Below, piece after piece: positions 10,731-19,697 of a stretch of DNA of 64,000 nt. This DNA is from a candidate division WOR-3 bacterium (GTDB lineage Bacteria; Hydrothermota; 32-111). Numbering within the stretch: position 1 is the first letter of the stretch; the number at the start of each line of letters is the position of its first letter. The position numbers and the translations under genes are program-made. The stretch lies in contig JBBFKX010000001.1 of the NCBI GenBank assembly GCA_037481815.1, positions 448,001 through 512,000 of the forward strand, given 5' to 3'. The notes below the pieces were generated by a model. The model saw nothing but the letters and a program-made list of their open reading frames with translations, was not told the DNA's origin and made no database searches.

Positions 10731-11903
10731 TCATCCTCCTGTTTTTCTTAGAAGTGCTCCATAACCACCGTTGAACGGATCTCCAAATGTAAAAAACTGA
10801 CTTATAAGTTTATAATCTTTATTTTTTTTCAAAAAATTTTGAATCACTTCATGGTTTTCTTCTTTAAATATCGAACATGTGATGTATAAAAGCAAGCCAT
10901 CCTCTTTAACGAATTCTTCAGCTTTTTCAACCATTCTGTTCTGTATTTCAACAAGTTCATCTATTTTCTTTTTATAGTTGTATTTAACATCAGGGTTTTT
11001 CCTTATGGTACCCGTGGAAGTGCATGGAACATCAAGTATCACAAGATCGAAAAGTTTATCAAGATTCAATTTGAAAAGATCTGTAGCAAAAGTTGTAATG
11101 TTCCTTAATTTTAACCTTTTAATGTTTCTGTTCATCATTTCTATCCTTTCTGGATCTTTATCTATCGCTACGATTTTTGATTTTGGTAGAAAAGATTTCA
11201 CAAGAAAACTTTTTCCACCAGGTGCAGCACATAGATCCAAAACTTCATCTATTGTTTCTTCGAGTTGTAATGATCTAAAAATGTTAAGATAAACAGGATC
11301 AAGGATATACTCTTTTTTTGTCAACCTTTCATTATCCTTAAACTCCCTGTATTCAAGTTCATCTATTCTGAAAGCGTATGTGGAAGGTTTTGAGTTATAA
11401 AATTCAAGGAGTTGTTTTGTTCTTTCAAGCCCAACCTCCTGCATCAGATATTCTATGAAATGTTCTGGAAAAGAATACTTTATAGATAAACTCGATAAAG
11501 AATCATCATCAGGTATCGATATTTTATCTCTGTTTCTCAAAAATTCCCTTAAAACCCAGTTAACAAATTTTTCATTATTTTTTGCCTGTGACTTTGCGAT
11601 CTCAACTATTGTTGAAAGAACCGCATAATCTTTATGGTTCATGTACAAAATTTCATATATAGCCATTCTGATAAGGTTCTGCGTTTTTTTTGAAAGATCA
11701 TGTACATTTTTACCTGTTGTCTGTTGAATTATATGATCGAGTAAATATTTGTTTCTTACAACACCATACACAAGTTCTTTAATATAAGAAGCAGTTTTCT
11801 TATCTTTTCCCAACACCCTTGTCTCATAAGATTTTTTAAGAGGAATGTTTTTCGTAAAAACATCCTCTAAAATATTGTAAGAGATCAATCTTCTATCTTC
11901 CAT
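10731..11903 (-). CDS. rsmB: 16S rRNA m5C methyltransferase RsmB/Sun family
   Basis: NusB-like N-terminus, LDLCAAPGGKS, LDVPCTSTG, YITCS. Confidence 0.85.
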   Translation of the reverse strand: MEDRRLISYNILEDVFTKNIPLKKSYETRVLGKDKKTASYIKELVYGVVRNKYLLDHIIQQTTGKNVHDLSKKTQNLIRMAIYEILYMNHKDYAVLSTIVEIAKSQAKNNEKFVNWVLREFLRNRDKISIPDDDSLSSLSIKYSFPEHFIEYLMQEVGLERTKQLLEFYNSKPSTYAFRIDELEYREFKDNERLTKKEYILDPVYLNIFRSLQLEETIDEVLDLCAAPGGKSFLVKSFLPKSKIVAIDKDPERIEMMNRNIKRLKLRNITTFATDLFKLNLDKLFDLVILDVPCTSTGTIRKNPDVKYNYKKKIDELVEIQNRMVEKAEEFVKEDGLLLYITCSIFKEENHEVIQNFLKKNKDYKLISQFFTFGDPFNGGYGALLRKTGG

Positions 11904-13231
11904 GTTACCCCATCTTTTAAATCGTTTACGACTATCTTTCTTTTTTTGAGTTCTTCCCTTATGAAATCCGATATTTCATAATTTTTGTTCTTTTTCATCA
12001 TCTCCCTCACCTTTAAAAGAATATCGATCAATTGTTCGACAAGATCGTTTTTATCCTTCTTTTCAAAAGTAAAACCAAGTTCTCTATACATTTTTGATAT
12101 TGTATTTTTTAAAATTGTTTCATCCTTTTCCTTTCTATTAATCATGTTGACTGATTCAAAAAGTATTCCAACAGCTTCCGGTGTGTTCAAATCATCAAAC
12201 AGAGATTCCTTAAATTTTTTGTAAACATCTTCATCTATTAGATTTTCATCAGAATCATCTCTTAGGTATGGGGTTAACCTTTTAAAAGCTGATTTTGCTT
12301 CTTCCAACCTTTCAGATGAAAATTCGATATCCTTTCGATAATGTGTTTTCAAAAGAAACAATCTTATAACATTCGGTCCATAATTTTCCAGCAACTCTTT
12401 TGCTTTAAAAACATTGCCTAATGATTTTGACATCTTTTCACCTTTTAGATTTACCATACCATTGTGTATCCAGTATTTTGCAAATTTTTTTTCTGTTGCA
12501 CACTCAGATTGTGCGATCTCATTTTCATGATGTGGAAAAATCAGATCCTGTCCTCCAGCATGGATATCAAAAGATTCCCCCAAATATTTCATACTCATAG
12601 CAGAACATTCTATATGCCATCCGGGTCTACCTTTTCCAAAAGGCGAATACCAATAGGGTTCACCTTCTTTTACTCCCTTCCATAAAACAAAATCGAGAGG
12701 GTTTTCTTTATTCTCATTTATTTCAACCCTTTTCCCCTCTATAAGATCATCCAACCTTTTCCCTGAAAGTTTGCCGTAATCCTTGAATTTTGATACACGA
12801 AAATAAATATCGTCTCCTGATTTGTAAGCATAACCTTTTTCGATCAACTTTGAAATCAAATCTATTATCTCTTCTATATGCCCTGTCGCACGGGGATAAA
12901 CATCAAACTCAAGTACATTCAAACTTCTAAACACTTCAAAAAACTCATCAATATTTTTCTGTGATATGACCCTATAATCAATTCCAGTTTCACTCATCTT
13001 TTTTATAAGTTTGTCATCAATATCTGTAAAATTGTAAACTGAAAAAACCTGATATCCATCAAGTTTTAGAACTCTTCTTAAAATATCAACTGTGATCAAT
13101 GCTCGTATATGTCCTATATGAGGAGTATCCTGAACAGTCATTCCACAGGAGTAGATTCTAACGATTCCATCCTGTGATAGGGGTTGAAAATCTTCAACAT
13201 TTTTTGAAAAAGTATTGTAGAGTTTTAACAT
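11885..13231 (-). CDS. cysS: Cysteine--tRNA ligase
   Basis: CGMTV, HIGH, GRPGWHIECSAM, DIHAGGQDLIFPHHENE, KMSKS. Confidence 0.98.
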   Translation of the reverse strand: MLKLYNTFSKNVEDFQPLSQDGIVRIYSCGMTVQDTPHIGHIRALITVDILRRVLKLDGYQVFSVYNFTDIDDKLIKKMSETGIDYRVISQKNIDEFFEVFRSLNVLEFDVYPRATGHIEEIIDLISKLIEKGYAYKSGDDIYFRVSKFKDYGKLSGKRLDDLIEGKRVEINENKENPLDFVLWKGVKEGEPYWYSPFGKGRPGWHIECSAMSMKYLGESFDIHAGGQDLIFPHHENEIAQSECATEKKFAKYWIHNGMVNLKGEKMSKSLGNVFKAKELLENYGPNVIRLFLLKTHYRKDIEFSSERLEEAKSAFKRLTPYLRDDSDENLIDEDVYKKFKESLFDDLNTPEAVGILFESVNMINRKEKDETILKNTISKMYRELGFTFEKKDKNDLVEQLIDILLKVREMMKKNKNYEISDFIREELKKRKIVVNDLKDGVTWKIED

Positions 13232-13234
13232 CTA

Positions 13235-13687
13235 TCATTTCTCCTTGTCAACTATCGCTGCTGTTAATTCACCTTCACAGACAACTTTCTCCTCAACATA
13301 AGATTTACATTCAAGAACGAAGAAGTTCCCTTTGTGCTCTTTTAAAACACATTCGTTTTTCAATACATCTCCAGGAAGTACCGGCTTTCTGAACTTTACT
13401 CTATCGATTTTCACAAAATATGGGACCTTTTCATCAATGTTTTCTATATAGTATGAGATTAACATTGCCCCTGTTTGCGCCAATGATTCGATTATTAAAA
13501 CTCCGGGCATAACAGGATGTTCAGGGTAGTGTCCCTGAAAAAAATGTTCATCCATTGAAACACATTTTTTGCCAACAACCCTTTTCTCATCGATTTCGAT
13601 GATTCTGTCAACAAGAAGCATCGGATATCTGTGTGGGATCACTTTCATTATTTTTATGATATCCATTTCTTTATTTTTTTCTTCCAT
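13235..13687 (-). CDS. fabZ: 3-hydroxyacyl-ACP dehydratase FabZ
   Basis: IPHRYPMLLVDR, FFQGHYP, PVMPGVLIIESLAQ, FRKPVLPGD. Confidence 0.96.
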   Translation of the reverse strand: MEEKNKEMDIIKIMKVIPHRYPMLLVDRIIEIDEKRVVGKKCVSMDEHFFQGHYPEHPVMPGVLIIESLAQTGAMLISYYIENIDEKVPYFVKIDRVKFRKPVLPGDVLKNECVLKEHKGNFFVLECKSYVEEKVVCEGELTAAIVDKEK

Positions 13688-13693
13688 AACACC

Positions 13694-14629
13694 TCACTTT
13701 TTAAGTATCAATTTTATTTCGGAGATAATTTCTGATATCTTATTGTTAAATTCAATATCGTTTTCTGCTTCCTTATTGATAGTTTGAACAATCCTTCTAT
13801 TTTTTACATCATAAACTGAGACCTCAGCGATGATTTTCCCTGAAACCATTTTTACTTTTCCTGTGAAACAATAATCAGCATTCAAAGTGAAAGCATAACT
13901 TATAGCATCAACAGGTTTTAAATTTTCAATATTTGTTACTCCCATCTTCTGTAGATAAGAATTAACCTCATTGATACTTATCGGCTCAAACTTGTTTTCA
14001 ATCTTCAAAGATTGATACAGAGCTTTTGCCAGTTTTATATGATACTGTTCATTTCTTGTTTCCTTATCCTCAGCAACAAAATCGTAAACTATGTACCTTT
14101 GTAAAACTGATACAGGAACAAAAAAGTCCTTGTTGAGTTCCTCAATCACTCTATCAGTTAAATCTATCTCTTTTTTTGCATAGAGTATATTACCATCTGC
14201 AAAATCAAGTATTATCGTAAAACCTTCCTCATCACCGATCCTTTTTATAATCGAATTGATCTTATCAACAACAGGTTTAAACATCTGCTGGTTTATCGTT
14301 GACGATTTACCACCTTCTCCATATATTTCTTTAATGAATTTATTAAGGGAGTCCTTCTTATCGTTAATCTCTTTCTGTTTTCTTGAACTCAACTCTTCTG
14401 AAAGCATTTCCTTTTGCTCATTGTAAACCCTTTCAAGTGAATCTATCTCCTGTTGAAGAATATTTATTTTTCTTTTCCATTCTGACAACTCTTTTTCGAC
14501 TTCTTTGTTGATATCGTTTAATCCTTTATATTCCTGAAAAATCCTTTTTGAATCTATATACCCTATCTTTTCAGCGTAGAATTTTATTGAGAAAACTAAA
14601 ATTATGATAAAAACAAAAAACCTTTTCAT
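13694..14629 (-). CDS. OmpH/Skp periplasmic chaperone with an extra C-terminal alpha/beta domain
   Basis: GGAGG then ATG 14629; signal peptide, KIGYIDSKRIF, coiled coil, ILYAKKEIDLTDRVIEEL, then about 135 extra residues. Directly downstream of bamA. Confidence 0.85.
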   Translation of the reverse strand: MKRFFVFIIILVFSIKFYAEKIGYIDSKRIFQEYKGLNDINKEVEKELSEWKRKINILQQEIDSLERVYNEQKEMLSEELSSRKQKEINDKKDSLNKFIKEIYGEGGKSSTINQQMFKPVVDKINSIIKRIGDEEGFTIILDFADGNILYAKKEIDLTDRVIEELNKDFFVPVSVLQRYIVYDFVAEDKETRNEQYHIKLAKALYQSLKIENKFEPISINEVNSYLQKMGVTNIENLKPVDAISYAFTLNADYCFTGKVKMVSGKIIAEVSVYDVKNRRIVQTINKEAENDIEFNNKISEIISEIKLILKK

Positions 14630-14637
14630 CAAACCTC

Positions 14638-16908
14638 CTAAAAAGAAGTCCCGATTTGAAAATGTGGTTCCCATCTCTGACCATATCCATTCTCCGTCTT
14701 CGAGAATCCATAACCCAGGTCAATCCCCATAATTCCAACCATCGGTATCTGCAACCTCACTCCAAGACCCATGCCCGAATAGAGCGGAAGAAACCTATTC
14801 TTGAAACCTTCTGAAATACTGGTATAACTGTTTCCAATATCATAGAAAAGAATAAGGTATGCCATCTCGTTCAACTGGAATCTCAACTCAGAATTTAAAA
14901 GCATCGCTCCCCTTCCACCAACAACATATCCATCGAGTGTATAACCGATACTTCGATCTGGATAACCTCTGAGTCCCCAATTTCCAACACCTCCAAGAAC
15001 AAACCTCTCAGATAAAGGAATGTTTTCAATATCTTTGTAAGAATCTATGAATCCATAAGCAAACCTTTCCATTATTACAAACTTCCAGAAAAGTTTTCTA
15101 TAGATCCTAAAATCAAGATTCATTTTATAATAATCTATCTGTCCACCTAAATACCCACCAGCAAAACCTGTGTAAACACCCAGAAGTTCACCGTTGTCAG
15201 GGAAAAAATCACTATTTCGAGAATCTCTAACTATTGACGGAGATATTTCTGAAAGTATCCTTTTATCACCTAAAAATTGTTTTATCCATGGGTCGAGAAC
15301 TGAAAGATATGAAGAGTCAGCATAAGTATATACCTGTTCAAGTTTGTATGTTGTATAAAACCTTGTCATCAACCTTTCAGACAAAAAGAATCCTGTTGTT
15401 AAACTACCACCTATCCTTTGATCGTAATAGTATGTTCTATCCTTTGTTGTATAATAAACTCTTGTTCCAACAACAACAGGATAACCCAAAAGATATGGTT
15501 CTGTGAAACTGAATGAGAAATTTGATATCGAGGCACCTTTTTCAAGTAAAAACTCTGTGGATAATCCTTTTCCAAGAATATTTTTTATCTTTATGGTAAC
15601 ATTTCCTGTAAGTCCATCGACCTGATTGTATGAACCACCTATGTTAAACTCTCCAGTTTGCTTCTCTTTAACCAAAAACTCGATGTTCACCTTTTCTTCA
15701 GATTCTGTCTGTTTTGGATTTATCTGAACATTTTCAAAATATCCTGTTCTTGAAAGGTTAGAAAAACTCAAAACAAGATCTTTTCTTTTAAATATATCTC
15801 CTGGTCTTGAAAGGATCTCTCTTCTGATAACGAAATCTTCTGTCTTTTCATTACCCGATATTATTATCTCATTGATGTAAGCGAGTTTATTTTCAACAAT
15901 TTTAAAATCTATATCCAGAATCCCATCTTTTCTTAAATACTCCTCTCTCACATTAACATTTATGTAACCTTTATCCATATACATTTCATAAATTGCTGAC
16001 AGAGTTGAAGTGACCTTACTATAAGAATATGGTTCCCCTTCTTTGAATTTTATCTGCTTTTCTATTTCATTAGATTTTATGTTTTCATTTCCTGAAAAAG
16101 AAATCTTTCCAAACTTATAAAAATCGTTCAAAGTCACATATATTTTTAAAAATAAAAATCTGTTGTCATAAGAGAATTCTTTAACAACCGAATCGAGTGT
16201 TGCATCGATAAATCCCTTATCCTTCAAAATATTCACTATCAGAATTTTATCCTCTTCAAAATCCTCTTCTTTGAAGAGACCATCCTGTAAAAAACCTTTT
16301 TCTTTGGTTTTCATCTTTGATTTTATCTCTTTATCGGTAACCTTATAGTTCCCTATAATTTCAATCTTTTTTATCCTGACCGACTCATTCTCTCTGATAA
16401 AAATGAAAAGGTTCACCTGTCCATTTTCAGCATCTCCAAGAGAATCATTTATTTCGACATTCAAAAAACCTTTTTTAAAATAGATATTTTTAAGTTCTCT
16501 TTTTATTTTAAAAATCGCATAGTCATTTAAAAAATCATTCTCTTTTACCGTTAGAGAATCCAAGAGTTCCTTTTCTTTGACCTTTTTGTTACCTTTTAAA
16601 ATTATTTTTTTCAACCTTAAATTCTCAACAACAAGAATCTTTACAATATCTTTAAAATCTTTTTTCTCATGTGTAATTTCAACCTGTTGAAAAAAACCTG
16701 TTGAAAAAAGATTTTTGATTCCATTTTCGATATCTTTATAGGTAAGGGGCGAACCAATGTAGATACCAGATCTATTGATTATAAATTCTTTTGAAGTAAA
16801 ATTGTTACCTTCAACCTCAATATCATAAATCCTTTCAGATATAATTTCCTGTGAAAACAGAATCGTTGAAATAAAAATAAATAGAAGAACCAGATAAAAT
16901 TTCTTCAA
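14638..16908 (-). CDS. bamA: Outer membrane protein assembly factor BamA
   Basis: POTRA repeats (IEVEGN, IILKGNKKV, IIISGNEKTEDFVIRRE), VKEKQTG, LRGY motif, C-terminal HFQIGTSF. Confidence 0.95.
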   Translation of the reverse strand: MKKFYLVLLFIFISTILFSQEIISERIYDIEVEGNNFTSKEFIINRSGIYIGSPLTYKDIENGIKNLFSTGFFQQVEITHEKKDFKDIVKILVVENLRLKKIILKGNKKVKEKELLDSLTVKENDFLNDYAIFKIKRELKNIYFKKGFLNVEINDSLGDAENGQVNLFIFIRENESVRIKKIEIIGNYKVTDKEIKSKMKTKEKGFLQDGLFKEEDFEEDKILIVNILKDKGFIDATLDSVVKEFSYDNRFLFLKIYVTLNDFYKFGKISFSGNENIKSNEIEKQIKFKEGEPYSYSKVTSTLSAIYEMYMDKGYINVNVREEYLRKDGILDIDFKIVENKLAYINEIIISGNEKTEDFVIRREILSRPGDIFKRKDLVLSFSNLSRTGYFENVQINPKQTESEEKVNIEFLVKEKQTGEFNIGGSYNQVDGLTGNVTIKIKNILGKGLSTEFLLEKGASISNFSFSFTEPYLLGYPVVVGTRVYYTTKDRTYYYDQRIGGSLTTGFFLSERLMTRFYTTYKLEQVYTYADSSYLSVLDPWIKQFLGDKRILSEISPSIVRDSRNSDFFPDNGELLGVYTGFAGGYLGGQIDYYKMNLDFRIYRKLFWKFVIMERFAYGFIDSYKDIENIPLSERFVLGGVGNWGLRGYPDRSIGYTLDGYVVGGRGAMLLNSELRFQLNEMAYLILFYDIGNSYTSISEGFKNRFLPLYSGMGLGVRLQIPMVGIMGIDLGYGFSKTENGYGQRWEPHFQIGTSF

Positions 16909-19379
16909 TTTTCCTCCTCATGCTGTTTTATGATCTCTCCATAAAAAACCTGTATCCTATCGTTTACAACATCAAAAAAGATTTCATTGTGAGTTGTGAA
17001 TTTATCATGAAGGATCTCATCGGTTATATAATTTTCAATATTCTCCTGTATAACCCTTGAAACGTTCCTTGCACCAAAATTTCTATCAAATCCTTTTTTT
17101 GAAAGATAATCAACCACTCTATGTGAGAATGAAATATTATAACCTTTTTTAGAATAGATTTCCGAGAGGTTCTGTAAATTTTTAAATGTTATCTCTTTTA
17201 TGTTTTCTTCAGTTAAACTGTTGAATACGATTATCATATCGAGCCTGTTCAAAAATTCTGTTCTAAAATTCTTTTTTACTTCTTCCATTATAGATTTCTG
17301 GAATTTTTCTTCGTCATAATCTTTTTCTGAAAAACCTATATCCTTTTTGAAAATATTTTCCGATGTTCCTATGTTGGAAGTAAAAACTATAATCGTGTTC
17401 TTAAAATCTATAGTTCTATGGTAAGAATCCGTTAAAATTCCATCATCGAGTATCTGTAAAAAGATATTATAAACATTTGGATGTGCTTTTTCTATCTCAT
17501 CAAAAAGAAGGAGTGAGAAAGGATTTCTTTTTACAAACTCTGTCAACCTTCCCCCCTCCTCATAACCAACATATCCGGGAGGTGAACCAATAAGTTTTTG
17601 AACCTCATGCTCCAACGAATATTCCGACATATCAAATCTCATAAAGGAATCTTTTTTTGTGAAGAGAATCTGAGCAATTTTCTTCGCAAAGAAAGTTTTT
17701 CCCACACCAGATGGTCCCAAAAACAACATCGAGATTCTCGGTTTAACAGGGTCTTTTATCCCGAGAAGTGTCAATTTTATCGCTTTTGAAACTTTTGTAA
17801 TCACATGTTCCTGTCCAACTATATCCTTTCTAAATTCCTGTTCAAGTTTTATAAGGTCGTTCTGTATATCCATATTGAGTTTATCAACAGGGATTCCAGT
17901 CCACTGCGAAATAACCTCTTTTATAACCTTTTCACTGACCTTCAATCTATGAGTTCTTTTCGAGATTCCCTCTTTTAACTGTCTTATCTTTTCTTCGATT
18001 TCGAGTTGCTTTGTTCTCTTTTCTCCTGCGAGTTTGAATTTGTTAACTGAAGTGAAAAACTCTTTTTCCTTTATGGTTTCATTCAATTCGTTGTTCAAAA
18101 TCTCAATCTGTTTATTTATTTTAAAGGAAAAATCCATGTTAACTTTTGAACCCGCTTCATCTATAACATCAATCGCTTTATCAGGTAAAACTCTATCGGT
18201 AATGTAAATCTCAGATAAATAGACGGCACTCTTTAAAGCATCATCGGTATACTCAACATTATGAAAATCTTCATATTTGTTTTTTATATGGTATAAAACT
18301 TCGAGAGTTTTTTCAGGTGTCATCTCTTTTATATCAACCGGCTGAAATCTTCTTTCCAGAGCACCATCTTTTTCAATATACTTATGATACTCTGAAAGAG
18401 TTGTTGCACCTATACACTGGATATCACCTCTTGAAAGTTGAGGTTTCAACATATTCGCAGCATCAATTGAACCTTCAGCAGCACCAGTTCCAATTATCAC
18501 ATGGAGTTCATCTATGAAAAGAATTATATTTTTATTCTCTTCAATCTCTTTTATCAGATTTTTCAACCTTTCTTCAAATTGCCCTCTATATTTTGTTCCA
18601 GCGACAAGCATTCCAACATCAAGCGAAAGTATCCTTTTATTTTTAAGATTCTCAGGAACCATATTTTTCACGATTCTATCGGCGAGTGCTTCAACGATTG
18701 CAGTTTTACCAGCACCAGGTTTTCCTATGAGAACAGGATTATTTTTTTTCCTTCTTCCAAGAATTTGAATTATTCTCGCGATCTCTTCTTCTCTACCATA
18801 TACAGGGTCGAGTTTGTTTTCCTTTGCAAGTTTTGTTAAATCCTTACAAAGATAATCAGCAAGAGGTGTTGGACTCGTTTCATCCAAACCTATTCCACTT
18901 TTTTCTTCCTCATCTTTTATTTTCATTCTGAAACTTGGATTTTTAACAAGATTTTTAAACGTTTGAATACTGAAACCTATCGAATCGAGTGATTCTTTCG
19001 ATTCATGGTTTAAATGGTAAATAGCGATCACAAAATGCTCTGGTTCAATGTATACTTCTCCATTTTCAAGTGCTATCTTTTCCGCCTCATTGAAAACCCT
19101 TTTTGTTTCTTCAGAATCTGTTACATCAAAGGTTATGTTCTCGATATTCTCTTCATTTTTTCTTACATACTGTCTCAAGATACCTTTTAAAATGTCTAAA
19201 ACCTCTGGGTTTTTACTTTTTGTTGAGTTTATGATGTAATTGTTAGTTGCAAGATCCCTATCAGAAACAATTGTCAAAAGAATATCATAAGGTTCGACTT
19301 TTGACCTGTTAAGCCCTCTCGTTCGCTGTTCACTCTTTTTCAAAATAATACTCATCCTTCTTGAAAAATTCAGTTCCAT
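16905..19379 (-). CDS. clpC: ATP-dependent Clp protease ATPase subunit (ClpC-like)
   Basis: RRKKNNPVLIGKPGAGKT, GTKYRGQFEERL, DGALERRFQ, UVR-like coil, GPSGVGKT, LIGSPPGYVGYEEGG, IGF loop. Confidence 0.92.
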   Translation of the reverse strand: MELNFSRRMSIILKKSEQRTRGLNRSKVEPYDILLTIVSDRDLATNNYIINSTKSKNPEVLDILKGILRQYVRKNEENIENITFDVTDSEETKRVFNEAEKIALENGEVYIEPEHFVIAIYHLNHESKESLDSIGFSIQTFKNLVKNPSFRMKIKDEEEKSGIGLDETSPTPLADYLCKDLTKLAKENKLDPVYGREEEIARIIQILGRRKKNNPVLIGKPGAGKTAIVEALADRIVKNMVPENLKNKRILSLDVGMLVAGTKYRGQFEERLKNLIKEIEENKNIILFIDELHVIIGTGAAEGSIDAANMLKPQLSRGDIQCIGATTLSEYHKYIEKDGALERRFQPVDIKEMTPEKTLEVLYHIKNKYEDFHNVEYTDDALKSAVYLSEIYITDRVLPDKAIDVIDEAGSKVNMDFSFKINKQIEILNNELNETIKEKEFFTSVNKFKLAGEKRTKQLEIEEKIRQLKEGISKRTHRLKVSEKVIKEVISQWTGIPVDKLNMDIQNDLIKLEQEFRKDIVGQEHVITKVSKAIKLTLLGIKDPVKPRISMLFLGPSGVGKTFFAKKIAQILFTKKDSFMRFDMSEYSLEHEVQKLIGSPPGYVGYEEGGRLTEFVKRNPFSLLLFDEIEKAHPNVYNIFLQILDDGILTDSYHRTIDFKNTIIVFTSNIGTSENIFKKDIGFSEKDYDEEKFQKSIMEEVKKNFRTEFLNRLDMIIVFNSLTEENIKEITFKNLQNLSEIYSKKGYNISFSHRVVDYLSKKGFDRNFGARNVSRVIQENIENYITDEILHDKFTTHNEIFFDVVNDRIQVFYGEIIKQHEEEN

Positions 19380-19401
19380 ACATCTCCTATTTTAGATATA
19401 T

Positions 19402-19430
19402 ATAATAACAGAAAACCTTTAAATATTCAA
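19402..19430 (-). promoter_or_regulatory. Sigma-70-type promoter for the clpC-bamA operon
   Basis: Minus strand TTGAAT-N17-TATTAT with a TGn extension; AGGAG before the ATG. Confidence 0.55.
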
Positions 19431-19466
19431 TAATTAAGTTAACCTTGAGTTAAAAAATCAAACTAT

Positions 19467-19688
19467 TTATCCCTTAAACTCCCTTATTATTTTTTCCGCT
19501 TTTTCTTCCTGGTTCGGGAAAAGGTCAATTGGAACATTCTCTTTTCCTATAGCAGTTGAAACTTTAAACCTTGCACATTTTTCGTATTCATTTTTGCAAT
19601 AGTTTCTTTTATAGATGTTACTCATTGAAGGCATATCCTTCAACCTATCGTTGAAAAAAGGACAAATGTTGATATGAGGACAATCCAT
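19467..19688 (-). CDS. Small Cys-rich hypothetical protein
   Basis: 73 aa, strong RBS (GGAGGGG), four Cys (CPHINICPFF...YCKNEYEKCARF). Confidence 0.75.
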   Translation of the reverse strand: MDCPHINICPFFNDRLKDMPSMSNIYKRNYCKNEYEKCARFKVSTAIGKENVPIDLFPNQEEKAEKIIREFKG

Positions 19689-19697
19689 AACCCCTCC

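Noticed and set aside
19439..19453. TTAAC-CTTGA-GTTAA dyad upstream of the clpC promoter as a heat-shock operator
   Set aside because: Short and AT-rich, and it does not match the CIRCE or CtsR consensus; likely chance.
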